Both the position numbers and the translations under genes were made by a program. 64,000 nt of DNA. It comes from Desulfobacteraceae bacterium (lineage in GTDB: Bacteria > Desulfobacterota > Desulfobacteria > Desulfobacterales > Desulfosalsimonadaceae). The DNA is taken from contig JAIPDT010000001.1 of assembly GCA_021737545.1 (NCBI GenBank), positions 7,093 through 71,092 on the forward strand, read 5' to 3'. Of this stretch, positions 25,393 to 35,604 are shown one piece after another; positions within the stretch are counted from its first letter, which is position 1, and the number at the start of each line of letters is the position of its first letter. The notes under the pieces were generated by a model. It ran no database searches, was not told the DNA's origin, and saw only the letters and a list, made by a program, of their open reading frames with translations.

Positions 25393-26211
25393 TTAATCCC
25401 GGAATTTGTGGTGGAGCAGGGGGCCGTGTCCGCCTCCTATCCCGTGAGCTTCGGAGAGCTCGATTAACTTTGCAGTGAGCCGGACAGCGCTGGCAAAAGC
25501 ATGGCAGGGAGCGAGCTTTTGGGCCAGATAGGAGGCAAGGGCGGAAGAAAAGGTGCATCCGGTGCCGTGCGTGTTGCGGGTGTTTGTATACGTGTGTGGT
25601 TGAGCGGTTGAGAGCACACTTTCGCCATCACGGAACACGAAAGTGTCTGTAATTTCATCCTTGTGTTTCGGCCCGTGGCCGCCTTTTATAACGATCCCTT
25701 TTAAATGCGGGAACTTTTCAAGCAGTTCCCCCCCGGCTGTTTCAGCATCCGGCGGGCAAGCTCCGTAAAGAATTTCGAGTTCGGCCTGATTGGGGGTGAT
25801 GTAGTCGGATACGGGAATAATCAGCGAGACAAGCGCTTTAATTGCCGAATCATCTATTAGCTGGTGCCCGCTGGTTGAAACCATGACCGGGTCGCATATA
25901 GTGAGATATCCCGCCAGATGACCCGCAATCTTTTCGCACACCTCCTTGTTTGGAAGCATCCCGAGCTTTACAGCGTCTATGCGGATATCTGATAAAACAC
26001 TTTCCAGTTGCTTTTCCACGAACTCGGCCGGCACAGCCATGGCGTCTTGGACTTCCCGGGTATTCTGGGCGGTCAGGGCCGCGATAACCGCGGCCCCGTA
26101 GACCCCGGCCGCCATGAACGTTTTGAGATCAGCCTGGATACCCGCGCCGCCGGAGGGATCCGAACCGGCGATTGAAAGCACTGTCGGTATGTGTTGGGTC
26201 TCTGTCTTCAT
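25393..26211 (-). CDS. thiD: Hydroxymethylpyrimidine/phosphomethylpyrimidine kinase
   Basis: 272 aa. It has LSIAGSDPSGGAGIQADLKTF, VKLGML and GTGCTFSSALASYLA. Confidence 0.9.
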   Translation of the reverse strand: MKTETQHIPTVLSIAGSDPSGGAGIQADLKTFMAAGVYGAAVIAALTAQNTREVQDAMAVPAEFVEKQLESVLSDIRIDAVKLGMLPNKEVCEKIAGHLAGYLTICDPVMVSTSGHQLIDDSAIKALVSLIIPVSDYITPNQAELEILYGACPPDAETAGGELLEKFPHLKGIVIKGGHGPKHKDEITDTFVFRDGESVLSTAQPHTYTNTRNTHGTGCTFSSALASYLAQKLAPCHAFASAVRLTAKLIELSEAHGIGGGHGPLLHHKFRD

Positions 26212-26280
26212 GATTTATTTTTTTTCCCGAAAAAACGTATGCAAAAGTCCGGATCCCTCGCGGCTGTCAGTCGGTCCATT

Positions 26281-26835
26281 TCAGTCGATGTATGTTACAG
26301 AGCCCTTTCTGGTGCGCTCCCCGGCAGTGAATTTATTTTCGGCTGCCGGGTAACCGACAACTATCGCGCACTGAAGGGAATAATTATCAGGGATCCCCGC
26401 TTCCTGCGCCAGATCACGGTTTTCCTCACCATTTATTCCCAGTTTGGTGGAAGCAAGAAAACACGAACCCAAATCCAGTTCGGTGGCTTGAAGAAGCATA
26501 TTTTCTGCGGCGACTGCCGTGTTGATAGCGCTGTTGGGGTTATCGGCCGGCCCGGAGAGCAGGATCAGCACCGGCGCGTCATAGAGAGGCTGGTATCCCG
26601 GCAGAGACGCCCTTTGCTGCAAAAATTCCACCCCCGAGTTAAGCATTGCCTTATGTGTCCGGTCGTTGATCTTTTGCCGAAGCTCGGGATTTCTAACAAC
26701 CGACATCTGAAATTCCCCTGCGTTGGGCGCCCATCTGCCGGCCTCTATAATTTTTCCAAGCTCGTCCTCAGAAACCGGCTTATCCAGGTACGCCCTTATA
26801 CTCTTTCTCTTTGCAATTGCATCTGAAACATCCAT
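26281..26835 (-). CDS. Nitroreductase-family flavoprotein
   Basis: 184 aa. It begins KRKSIRAY...P.S.E.L..I.EAGRWAPNAG, typical of the NADH-oxidase/nitroreductase fold. Confidence 0.75.
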   Translation of the reverse strand: MDVSDAIAKRKSIRAYLDKPVSEDELGKIIEAGRWAPNAGEFQMSVVRNPELRQKINDRTHKAMLNSGVEFLQQRASLPGYQPLYDAPVLILLSGPADNPNSAINTAVAAENMLLQATELDLGSCFLASTKLGINGEENRDLAQEAGIPDNYSLQCAIVVGYPAAENKFTAGERTRKGSVTYID

Positions 26836-26906
26836 GATTTTTCCTCCTCTACTTTAATCTGTTTTTACTTCCTGATTTTCACAATATGATCAATAATGCG
26901 CCGGAT

Positions 26907-28139
26907 TCAACTCGGCAGGCGATAGTTCTTCCAGCCCGGAGCAAAAAGCCGCCAGTATTCGGAATTGTAGCGCTCCTGGCCGACTTCCCGGTTGACTTCG
27001 CAGCGCAGCCCCAGAGACCTGCGCAGTCGCTGCAGACAGCCGAGGCATCGGATGCATTTGCGGATTTTGTGTTCTTCTTTGTTGGCCACCTTGGCGACCC
27101 ATTGCGGGTCGGCGATCAGGGGACGGCAAAGGGAGACCATATCTGTTTTCCCGCTGGCTATGGCATTTTCAACATTTTTCGGGGTGTGGATGGACGGCGT
27201 GATCACGGGTATATTCAGGACAGCTTCCATGGCCCCGGCTTCGTCAAGCATGGTATTGTCTTCTTCAGGCAAGTACCACTTGGCGGCTTCCCAGCATCCT
27301 CCGGTGAGATGGACATAGTCGATCCCTTCCTGTTCCGCCCTCCCGGCCATGTGAGTCGACTCCTCGATGGTGATACCGCGGGGCATATGTTCATTGCCGG
27401 TCATGCGGACCCCGACTACAAAACTTTGCCCCACTGCGGCCCTGGTTTTGGCGACAGCGTTGTAAAGCAGCCGCCCCCTGTTTTCAAGGTTGCCCCCATA
27501 GGCATCGGTGCGATGATTGGTGCGGGCGGAAAGAAAGCTGCTTCCTAAATAACCATGCGCAAAATGTAGTTCTGCCCCATCGAAGCCGCATTCTTTCATC
27601 ATTTGCGCGGTTTTGGCGAAGGTGTCCTCCAGCCAGACGATTTCTTCGGCGGTCAATTCCTGAGGAGGCGAAAGATTTTTATATTGTGCCCACATGGAAG
27701 GCAGCCCCTGGCGGGCTTCGTAAGCCCTGGCCTGCTTGGGGATATTTTCTTCAGGTATTGATTTTATGGGAATTGGTGACGGCGCCTTTGACGCCTTCCC
27801 GGGCGCTGTCTGCCTGCCGCTGCCTCCTGCGACTATTTGGCCGAAAACCTTGGAACCGAAAGCATGAACAGTCTCGGCCACCTCATTCCAAAACGGCATA
27901 TGCTCTTTTTCCGAAAGCATTGGAAATACCAGGTGGGCTCCGCCGCCGGGAAACGGGTTCAGTGCCGGCGGGGTTACTACGAGGCCGACTCCGCCTTTGG
28001 CACGAGCGGCAAGAAAGGCCATAAATTGTTCGCTGGGGCATCCCGCTTGTGCAAAATTGGTGGTTGTGGGCGCCATGGCCACTCGATTGCGAATCTCAAC
28101 ATTGCCGATTTTAATCGGCTTAAACATTTCCGTATACAT
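26907..28139 (-). CDS. Old-yellow-enzyme family NADH:flavin oxidoreductase with C-terminal Cys cluster (2,4-dienoyl-CoA-reductase-like N-domain)
   Basis: 410 aa. It has MFKPIKIGNVEIRNRVAMAPT, GFDGAELHFAHGYL and the C-terminal CIRCLGCLQR...C motif. Confidence 0.8.
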   Translation of the reverse strand: MYTEMFKPIKIGNVEIRNRVAMAPTTTNFAQAGCPSEQFMAFLAARAKGGVGLVVTPPALNPFPGGGAHLVFPMLSEKEHMPFWNEVAETVHAFGSKVFGQIVAGGSGRQTAPGKASKAPSPIPIKSIPEENIPKQARAYEARQGLPSMWAQYKNLSPPQELTAEEIVWLEDTFAKTAQMMKECGFDGAELHFAHGYLGSSFLSARTNHRTDAYGGNLENRGRLLYNAVAKTRAAVGQSFVVGVRMTGNEHMPRGITIEESTHMAGRAEQEGIDYVHLTGGCWEAAKWYLPEEDNTMLDEAGAMEAVLNIPVITPSIHTPKNVENAIASGKTDMVSLCRPLIADPQWVAKVANKEEHKIRKCIRCLGCLQRLRRSLGLRCEVNREVGQERYNSEYWRLFAPGWKNYRLPS

Positions 28140-28234
28140 GGTTTGATCTCTGTTTTCTTTTTACCTGAAGTTGATTCAATTTTTATAAACTGTTATATTA
28201 ACATTTTATTTATAACCAGTAAAGGTCGTTTATT

Positions 28235-29428
28235 TTGAGCAGACGCGCATACGCAATTATTATAGCCGCCTTTTTTACCGTTTCCATCGCTTATTCCATC
28301 AGATACGGCTACGGCATGCTGTTGCCTGAAATGCTGCCTGCATTGGATATTTCGAAAACCCAGGCAGGTACAATTTTTGCGATCTATTTTGTGGTTTATA
28401 CTGTTTTTACTCCGGTAATGGGGAGTTTATCCGACCTGTATAACTACCGTTTTATTCTTACCGTCTTTACCGCCATTTTGGGATTGGGCGCCTTGCTGAT
28501 GACCTCTGTTACGGGTTTTGCCCAGGCCAGCCTGTTTTTCCCCCTCGCCGCCTTGGGGCATGCCGCATGCTGGGCCCCTGTTGCTTCCCTGGTTCAAAAA
28601 TGGGTGCCCAACGAAAAAAGGGGAATGATGCTTTCCTTTGTAAGCATAGGAATCGGACTTGGTATTCCCGTGTGGGGAACGCTCCTGCCTTTTATTGTCG
28701 CGGCATCCGGATGGCGGGCCGGGTGGCTGGCGATGGGATCGTTTGCCGTTGTGGTGGCTTTAATGAACTTTATCCTTGTTCGCAACCCGGTCGGTTTCAG
28801 AGAGCAAATGGTATCTGTGCGGGAAAGGGCCAAGTTTATATTAACAATATATAAAGCACTTCTCAAAGACAAACGGTTCTGGATTGTGGGCACGGCTTAT
28901 TTGCTGGTGGGTTTTAATGTTTTGGTTCCTTTTACCTTTCTGCCGGTTTATGCAAGGGAAGCGCTGCATTTTGATTATGCCACTTCCACCCGCTTTGTAA
29001 GTCTTATCGCTTTTTTCGGCATTGCCGGTCAATTAACCCTTGGGCCCTGGTCCGATCGAATGGGCAGAGTAAATGTATTGATGTTGTGCGGTGCTATAAT
29101 GGGAATCGCTTGCCTCGGGATGAGTTTTTCCCCCAATAAATGGTGGTTGTACGGGATGACGAGTTTTTTCGGCCTGGCCTACGGTGCTGTATGGCCGGTT
29201 TATGCCGCGGCTGCCTCCGATTTTTTCCCCAGCAACCAGACCGGAAGCGTGGTCGGGCTTTGGACGGTTTTTTTGGGTCTGGGCTCCATCGTCTCGCCGG
29301 TGGTTTGCGGCTGGACCATCGATATAACCGGGGTGTATACGTGGGCCTTTATTTTGGGGCTGGCAAGCGGCCTGGCTTCGACTTTGTGCCTGGCAAGAAC
29401 ACGGGCACATGAAACTTACCGGGATTAA
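28235..29428 (+). CDS. MFS transporter
   Basis: 397 aa with about 12 hydrophobic helices. An MFS-like loop motif (GSLSDLYNYR) is present. The start is TTG. Confidence 0.75.
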   Translation: MSRRAYAIIIAAFFTVSIAYSIRYGYGMLLPEMLPALDISKTQAGTIFAIYFVVYTVFTPVMGSLSDLYNYRFILTVFTAILGLGALLMTSVTGFAQASLFFPLAALGHAACWAPVASLVQKWVPNEKRGMMLSFVSIGIGLGIPVWGTLLPFIVAASGWRAGWLAMGSFAVVVALMNFILVRNPVGFREQMVSVRERAKFILTIYKALLKDKRFWIVGTAYLLVGFNVLVPFTFLPVYAREALHFDYATSTRFVSLIAFFGIAGQLTLGPWSDRMGRVNVLMLCGAIMGIACLGMSFSPNKWWLYGMTSFFGLAYGAVWPVYAAAASDFFPSNQTGSVVGLWTVFLGLGSIVSPVVCGWTIDITGVYTWAFILGLASGLASTLCLARTRAHETYRD

Positions 29429-29590
29429 AAAATGTTTTTTCCCCAGGTTGCCGGCATTGAATCTTTATTGATAGTTTCGGGTTTATGGGTTACTATCGGA
29501 ACAATAATTTTATCAAAGGAGGCAGGCTGGTATTTTCTATATAACTCAAAAATATTACAGCGGTTAACGCTGCAATCCCTTATTTTTAAG

Positions 29591-29667
<77 letters not shown>

Positions 29668-29904
29668 GGACAAACTCATCTATAAGGCAAATCCTTTTAT
29701 CACTAACCGGGCTTTTTGTCTATATAAAATAAATTTAATCCCGGCACCGTCAATACTACCAATTTTCTGCAAGTCAGGATTTTTTAGTCTCTTTGGTAAA
29801 CCGGCTTGAGGTGTGGGGAAAAATGATTTAATTTTAATCAAAATATATCAATTTATATTCTTGGGCGTAAAAACAAAAAAATCAAGGATGGTAACAATAT
29901 TTCA

Positions 29905-30924
29905 ATGACAGGAAATCAGGAAGAACACAGGGAAGATATCACCATAGAGGAAGAAACGGATGTGGATGTGGACACTCTGAGTGAAGACGAGACTGATACG
30001 GCTCAGAAGTTGAAGGAAGCGGTATCCATTCCCAAAGAAACAGCAGCGGAAGGGAGCCTGGTTCCATATGATCCGCTTCAGCGGTATCTTTCAGAAATCA
30101 GCAGATATCCGCTTTTAACCCGTGAACAGGAAATCGAGCTCGGCCGCCGCGTTCAGGAGGGAGATCCGGATGCAGCCTATATTCTTGCCACATCCAACCT
30201 GAGGCTCGTGGTAAAGATCGCCATGGAATTCCAGCGGACCTGGATGCAGAATCTGATGGATTTGATCCAGGAGGGCAATATCGGGCTTATGCACGCGGTC
30301 CAGAAGTTCGATCCATACAAGAACGTCAAGTTTTCTTATTATGCCGCCTTCTGGATCAAGGCCTATATTCTTAAGTTTATTATGGATAACTGGCGGCTGG
30401 TCAAGATCGGTACCACCCAGGGACAGCGAAAGCTATTTTTCAAGCTGAAAAAGGAAAAGCAGAAACTTGTTGAACAGGGGTTTATGCCTGAGACACGTCT
30501 GCTTTCAAGCCGTCTCGGAGTATCAGAGCAGGAAGTGCGCGACATGGACCAGCGCCTTGACGGCTGGGACGTGTCCATGGATGAACCCTTAAAGGATGAC
30601 TCTGATACGGAGAGGGGAGATTTTTTCAGTTCTGAAACCGAGTCGGTTGAAAGCCAGGTAGCCCGCAAGGAAGTAGAAACACTGCTGCGCGAAAAAGTGG
30701 GTGAATTTACAAAGCACCTCTCAGAAAGAGAGCTCGATATTTTCGAGAAGCGGATATTTACCGATGCTCCGGTGACTCTTCAGGAAATCGGGGATAAATA
30801 TCAGATCTCGCGGGAACGGGTCAGGCAGCTGGAGAAGAATATAGTCAAAAAAATGAGAGCCTTTTTTGAAAAAGAGATCCCGGATTTTTCCTCCTACGAA
30901 TATCCGCAGGAAAACGGACAGTAG
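29905..30924 (+). CDS. rpoH: RNA polymerase sigma-32 (RpoH-like) factor with acidic N-terminal extension
   Basis: 339 aa. It has sigma70 region 2 (NLRLVVKIAMEF..LIQEGNIGLMHAVQKFDP) and an RpoH-box-like QGQRKLFFKLKKEK. Region 4 reads ISRERVRQLEKNIVKKMR. Confidence 0.8.
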   Translation: MTGNQEEHREDITIEEETDVDVDTLSEDETDTAQKLKEAVSIPKETAAEGSLVPYDPLQRYLSEISRYPLLTREQEIELGRRVQEGDPDAAYILATSNLRLVVKIAMEFQRTWMQNLMDLIQEGNIGLMHAVQKFDPYKNVKFSYYAAFWIKAYILKFIMDNWRLVKIGTTQGQRKLFFKLKKEKQKLVEQGFMPETRLLSSRLGVSEQEVRDMDQRLDGWDVSMDEPLKDDSDTERGDFFSSETESVESQVARKEVETLLREKVGEFTKHLSERELDIFEKRIFTDAPVTLQEIGDKYQISRERVRQLEKNIVKKMRAFFEKEIPDFSSYEYPQENGQ

Positions 30925-30928
30925 CCAA

Positions 30929-32716
30929 ATGAATTTAAGCAGAATCTTCTGGACATCCTTGCTGGCCGCCTTCTTTTTTTGCGTGGCCGGATGCACAGCC
31001 GTAAAAAAGCATGAAGATGTAGCGGGAAAACAGCCTCCAGCCCCCCAGGCCCCCGCGGCAACCGAAAATTTTAAGATCTCCGGGCCGAAGATCTCCGGTC
31101 CTCATGCAAACCAGTATTACTATTTTCTCCGGGCCCGGCTTGAAGCCCGAGCCGGCCGGCCGGAACAGGCCGCAGAGTTTTTGGAGAAGGCGGTAGAAAA
31201 GGCTCCTTACGAGCCGGTGTTAAAAAAAGAGCTTGCCTTGACCTATCTGGAGCTGGACCGGAAAGAAGATGCCCTGGCAATGGTCGAATCCGTGCTCAAA
31301 CAGGCTCCCGGCGAAGTGGAAGCGCTTGTGATTGCGGGCTCCATTCGGCAGTCTGTAGGAAAATACGAAGCAGCCAAACAGGCTTATGAAAAGGTAATCG
31401 AAAAAGCCCCGGACCGCAAAAATATATACCCGGCGCTGGCGAGGCTTTATTTGCATGACAACGAGGCGGAAAAAGCCGCGGATCTGCTGGAACCTTTTGT
31501 TAAGCGATTTCCGGAAAACTATTCCGGATTCTACTACCTTGCAAAAGCCTATTACGGTATGGGTGAACTCAATGAGGCGGCTAAAGCCTATAAGAAAACC
31601 CTGGAGCTGGAGCCCGGCCTGGTTGAGCCTCGTTTCGGGCTGATCGAGACCTATAAGAGTCAGGACAGGCCGGACAAAGCGATTTTGGAATATGAAAAGC
31701 TCCTTGAGAAGCACCCGGATAACACGGCGGCAGCCATAGAGCTGGGCCTTCTTTATGAAAAACGCGGTGATAAAGACAAGGCGGAAAGTCTGTGGTCCAA
31801 ACTGACAGACCGCATATCCTCGGATCCGGATGCGATCAGAAATTTCGCCCGCAGGCTGCTGGCCCGGGAGCGTTATTCCGATGCAACCAGAGTTTTATCT
31901 GAAATGCTCAAGCAGTCCCCGCAAAGCCCGGAATTGCATTATCTGGCAGGGGCGGCCCGCTATATGATGAAGCAGTTCGATGCCGCCATAAAGCATTTTG
32001 ACGTGATTGGGCCGGAAGATGACCTGTATCCTGATGCCATGATTCACCGGGCCATTATTTTAAACAGGCAGAAGAAAACCGGCGAGGCGATCAATGCCCT
32101 TGAAACCGCAATGAAAAAGCTTGACGACAAGCAGCGGGTCAGCCTGATTCCATATCTGAGCGCATTTTACCAGGAGCAGGGGCACTATGAGCGGGCCAGG
32201 GATATTTTGGAAAAAGGCCTTTCCCTGGAGCCGGAAAATGTCGAGTTGCATTATGAACTCGGGGTGCTCTATGACAGGATGGGCAATACCAAGGCAGCCA
32301 TTGACAAGATGAAGTCCGTGATAGAAATGGATCCGGAAAACGCAGACGCTCTTAACTACCTTGGATATACATATGCAGACAAGGGCGTCAGGCTTGATCA
32401 TGCCGAATCGCTTGTCCGCCGGGCTCTGGAAATAGAGCCCGACAATGGCTACATACTCGACAGCATGGGATGGGTTTATTACAAAAAAGGCGACTATGAA
32501 AATGCCCGCAAGTACCTTGAAAAGGCTCTTTCAAAAGTTTCCGGCGACCCGGTCATCCTTGAGCACATGGGAGATATCTACTTAAAACTTGGTAAAAGAA
32601 AAAAGGCGCTCGAGTATTACAGGAGGGCCAGGGAAAACACAGCCGGGAATGAAGAAGGCAGGGCGGAGCTCTCAGAGAAGATCGAATCCATTGAAACCGG
32701 GGAGAGGCAACCTTGA
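30929..32716 (+). CDS. TPR-repeat lipoprotein
   Basis: The ORF track starts at 30866, inside rpoH. ATG at 30929 gives MNLSRIFWTSLLAAFFFCVAGC (signal peptide plus lipobox VAGC). Many TPR units follow (e.g. YYLAKAYYGMGELNEAAKAYKKTLELEP). Confidence 0.7.
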   Translation: MNLSRIFWTSLLAAFFFCVAGCTAVKKHEDVAGKQPPAPQAPAATENFKISGPKISGPHANQYYYFLRARLEARAGRPEQAAEFLEKAVEKAPYEPVLKKELALTYLELDRKEDALAMVESVLKQAPGEVEALVIAGSIRQSVGKYEAAKQAYEKVIEKAPDRKNIYPALARLYLHDNEAEKAADLLEPFVKRFPENYSGFYYLAKAYYGMGELNEAAKAYKKTLELEPGLVEPRFGLIETYKSQDRPDKAILEYEKLLEKHPDNTAAAIELGLLYEKRGDKDKAESLWSKLTDRISSDPDAIRNFARRLLARERYSDATRVLSEMLKQSPQSPELHYLAGAARYMMKQFDAAIKHFDVIGPEDDLYPDAMIHRAIILNRQKKTGEAINALETAMKKLDDKQRVSLIPYLSAFYQEQGHYERARDILEKGLSLEPENVELHYELGVLYDRMGNTKAAIDKMKSVIEMDPENADALNYLGYTYADKGVRLDHAESLVRRALEIEPDNGYILDSMGWVYYKKGDYENARKYLEKALSKVSGDPVILEHMGDIYLKLGKRKKALEYYRRARENTAGNEEGRAELSEKIESIETGERQP

Positions 32717-33492
32717 AGCCCCGGAGGTATCTGGCTGTTGCGTTGCTGCTTGTAATCACGGCATGTGCAGGCGCACCTAAACGCCCCCCGGGCGCGGTAT
32801 CCGAGTTGGAGCGAAAAGAAGCCTCAAGGCTAATAGAGACTTTAAAGGAAAAAAATAAAGCGGTTGCACCCTACAAGGCGATAGGGCAGCTCGGAATATA
32901 CAGTACGCGCGTTTCCCTGGAAGGCAGGACCGCCTGGGTTGCCGCTCCCGACGGCCGGTTCAGAGTCGGCGTCCTGGGCCTTACAGGGCAACCGTTTGTC
33001 AGGATGATATGCACGCGGGATAAATGTTTTTTCCATTTCCGGGACGGCGATTGCCTGCGCAGGGAAACCGCCGGGAGCACCTCCCTTGAGCCGCTTTGCG
33101 GCATCGAAATTAAAGCCCGCGACATGGTGCTGCTTTTAGGAGGCGGCGTCCGGCTGGCGGGTTATGATTCCGCAAAAGCCTATGAAACGGTTTCCGGACG
33201 AAAGGTTCTGCTCCTGAAAAAAAGTCTTTCCGGCACTGTGCAGACCGTAGAGTTTTCAAAGGATCTTGCACATATCCTGGAAACAAAAGTTTTCGGATGG
33301 AAAGGGCTGGTTTACAGGGCTGAAATCAGACATCATCAGCGGGCGGGCTCCCGCATTATGCCCTTTGACCTGGATATTTCAGATGCCAACGGAAACAGGA
33401 TACGGGTTTCGGTGGAGCGTTGCTGGACGGATATCGAGCCGGGAAAACAGACCTTCTCTCCCGAGTTGCCCGAGGGTGCCGGCTGCGACTAA
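32713..33492 (+). CDS. Lipoprotein, LolB/DUF4292-like (tentative)
   Basis: 259 aa. The TTG start overlaps the upstream stop. It has a lipobox (LLVITAC) and is beta-rich. Pairing with a TPR lipoprotein is a common arrangement. The family call is from memory only. Confidence 0.45.
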   Translation: MKPRRYLAVALLLVITACAGAPKRPPGAVSELERKEASRLIETLKEKNKAVAPYKAIGQLGIYSTRVSLEGRTAWVAAPDGRFRVGVLGLTGQPFVRMICTRDKCFFHFRDGDCLRRETAGSTSLEPLCGIEIKARDMVLLLGGGVRLAGYDSAKAYETVSGRKVLLLKKSLSGTVQTVEFSKDLAHILETKVFGWKGLVYRAEIRHHQRAGSRIMPFDLDISDANGNRIRVSVERCWTDIEPGKQTFSPELPEGAGCD

Positions 33493-33519
33493 AATTGAGC
33501 GAGGCGTTTTAAAATTTCT

Positions 33520-34305
33520 ATGATTTCCGATTCCAGGGCTCTTGCTTTAGAATTGCATCTTCGTGCCTGTCCCAGTGTTGTCTGCCTTGGGGTGCGGCCC
33601 AATTTTGCGGATTATCCCCCGCAAGAAGCCGCCATGATCCGGGAGGCTGGAAAAGTCTATTATCCTTCCATATTTTATGCAGACATGTTTGCGGCCATGG
33701 GAAAGCCGATTTTTCCGAGCATCCATAATTACCGATTCGTGCAGGACAAAATCAAGCAGACCGCGCTTTTTGAAATACTTGACGTGCCCCGGCCCAGAAC
33801 CAGGATTTTTTACGGCAAGCGGCTGCAGGAAAAGATTCTTTCGTATTTTGCTTTTCCTTTTGTAGCAAAGATTCCCAGGGGCTCTTCGCTGGGTCGCGGG
33901 GTGTTTTTGATCCGGAATCCGGATGATCTGGATAAATACTGCTCCTTGACAAAGACCGCTTATATCCAGGAATATTTGCCTGTGGACCGTGATATCAGGG
34001 TGGTGGTGATTGGCGACGAGGTTTCCCATGCCTACTGGCGTGTTGCGGCTGAGGGAGAGTTCCGGACCAACCTGGCATGCGGGGCCGGTATCCGTACAGG
34101 GAAAGTACCCGGGGGAGCGTTAAGGCTGGCCCGTGACACTGCGCGAAAGTGCGGATGGAATGACGTGGGCATTGATATCTGCATATACAGGGACAGGTTT
34201 TATGTCCTGGAGGCCAACATGAAGTACGGAAAGGCGGGTTTCGCACATGCCGGCATTGATTACTTCAGTATGATGGAGGACAAGATCAGAAATGGCAGAA
34301 TATAA
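33520..34305 (+). CDS. ATP-grasp (RimK-like) domain protein
   Basis: 261 aa. It has FPFVAKIPRGSSLGRGVFLI, YIQEYLPVDRDIRVVVIGDEV and YVLEANMKYG, typical of the ATP-grasp fold. Confidence 0.65.
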   Translation: MISDSRALALELHLRACPSVVCLGVRPNFADYPPQEAAMIREAGKVYYPSIFYADMFAAMGKPIFPSIHNYRFVQDKIKQTALFEILDVPRPRTRIFYGKRLQEKILSYFAFPFVAKIPRGSSLGRGVFLIRNPDDLDKYCSLTKTAYIQEYLPVDRDIRVVVIGDEVSHAYWRVAAEGEFRTNLACGAGIRTGKVPGGALRLARDTARKCGWNDVGIDICIYRDRFYVLEANMKYGKAGFAHAGIDYFSMMEDKIRNGRI

Positions 34306-35461
34306 GCCTCCGCCTCTTGAGCGGCTGCGTACAGAACTCGACACAAGAGAGGAGCAAATCTTTTCTTCTATGGCGGCAAGGAGTGCCGAAGGGATTCGCC
34401 GCAGGCCGGAAAAAAGGCTTGCAACCGATTACCGACAGCAATATGCGGTTGACGTGGACAGGATACTGCATTCGCTTGCATACAGCCGGTATATAGACAA
34501 GACCCAGGTGTTTTATCTGATAAAAAATGATCATATCACTCAACGAATGCTCCATGTTCAGCTTGCCTCCAAGGCGGCAAGAACCATCGGGCGTTTTCTG
34601 GGGTTAAACGAGGATTTAATCGAGGCCGTGTCAATCGGGCATGACATAGGCCATGCTCCGTTCGGCCATGACGGGGAGCGATTTCTCTGCGAGCTGTGCA
34701 AAAAGCAGGGTATAGGCGAATATCATCATAACATCCAGAGCGTGCAATTTTTGGAAAAGGTCGAGCGCAAAGGCCGGGGTTGGAACCTTTGTCTGCAGAC
34801 TTTGGACGGAATCCTATGCCATGACGGCGAAGTACACGACCAAGAGCTTGTTCCGGCAAAGGGCAAGACTTTTGAAGACCACGACAGAGAATTGCAGGAC
34901 AGGCGCGCGGGCCGGCCTGTAACGCTTGTGCCCATGACCCTGGAAGGATGCGTGATGCGGTTTGCCGACACAATAAGTTATATAGGAAGAGACATTGAAG
35001 ACGCTATTCGTCTGGGCCTGATCAAGCGTGACGAGATCCCGCGCGACTGTGTAAGACACTTGGGGGATACCAACGGCACCATTGTCTATACCCTGGTCAC
35101 AGACGTGATATCAAACAGCTACGGAAAAGATCGGGTAGCTTTCAGTACTGAGATTTCAGAGGCCCTGCGGCGGTTGAAGCAGTTTAACTACGAGCGGATT
35201 TATTCCAATCCGGTGATCAAGTGCGAAACTCCGTTAATCGGGGAGATGTTTGAATACCTTTTTGACCGGTTCACAGAAGACATCCGCAGAGGAAATTTTG
35301 AGTCTCCGGTATACAGAAATTTTATTGCCGACATGGCCGGCGATTATATAAATCAGCACAGTGCGGCAGAGATCGTGCGCGATTTTATCGCCGGCATGAC
35401 CGACCATTATTTTTTAAATCAGGCCCCGGCGCGGATGCGTCCGGAGATCCGGGCGTTCTAA
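34292..35461 (+). CDS. HD-domain dGTP triphosphohydrolase-like protein
   Basis: 389 aa. It has DRILHS.AYSRY..KTQVF, HVQLASKAARTI, the HD motif IGHDIGHAPFGHDGE and DTISYIGRDIEDA. It overlaps the ATP-grasp gene by 14 nt. Confidence 0.75.
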   Translation: MAEYKPPPLERLRTELDTREEQIFSSMAARSAEGIRRRPEKRLATDYRQQYAVDVDRILHSLAYSRYIDKTQVFYLIKNDHITQRMLHVQLASKAARTIGRFLGLNEDLIEAVSIGHDIGHAPFGHDGERFLCELCKKQGIGEYHHNIQSVQFLEKVERKGRGWNLCLQTLDGILCHDGEVHDQELVPAKGKTFEDHDRELQDRRAGRPVTLVPMTLEGCVMRFADTISYIGRDIEDAIRLGLIKRDEIPRDCVRHLGDTNGTIVYTLVTDVISNSYGKDRVAFSTEISEALRRLKQFNYERIYSNPVIKCETPLIGEMFEYLFDRFTEDIRRGNFESPVYRNFIADMAGDYINQHSAAEIVRDFIAGMTDHYFLNQAPARMRPEIRAF

Positions 35462-35604
35462 AACTGTTTTTTACAGTCGCGGACTTTTAAAAAACGGTTG
35501 AGTTTTCCGGGCAAAAAATTCAATATATCAGTTTGACAAAATGCGGTTTGGTTGATTGGCGGCTGCGATGAGTCAAACCGGAGCCTTTTGCGGAGGAAGC
35601 ACGT

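Noticed and set aside
30866-30928. Track start of the TPR lipoprotein ORF at 30866. The same applies to mutS at 35945.
   Set aside because: Both extensions overlap the upstream gene and encode non-signal junk. The internal ATGs at 30929 and 36050 give a clean signal peptide/lipobox and the canonical MutS N-terminus respectively.
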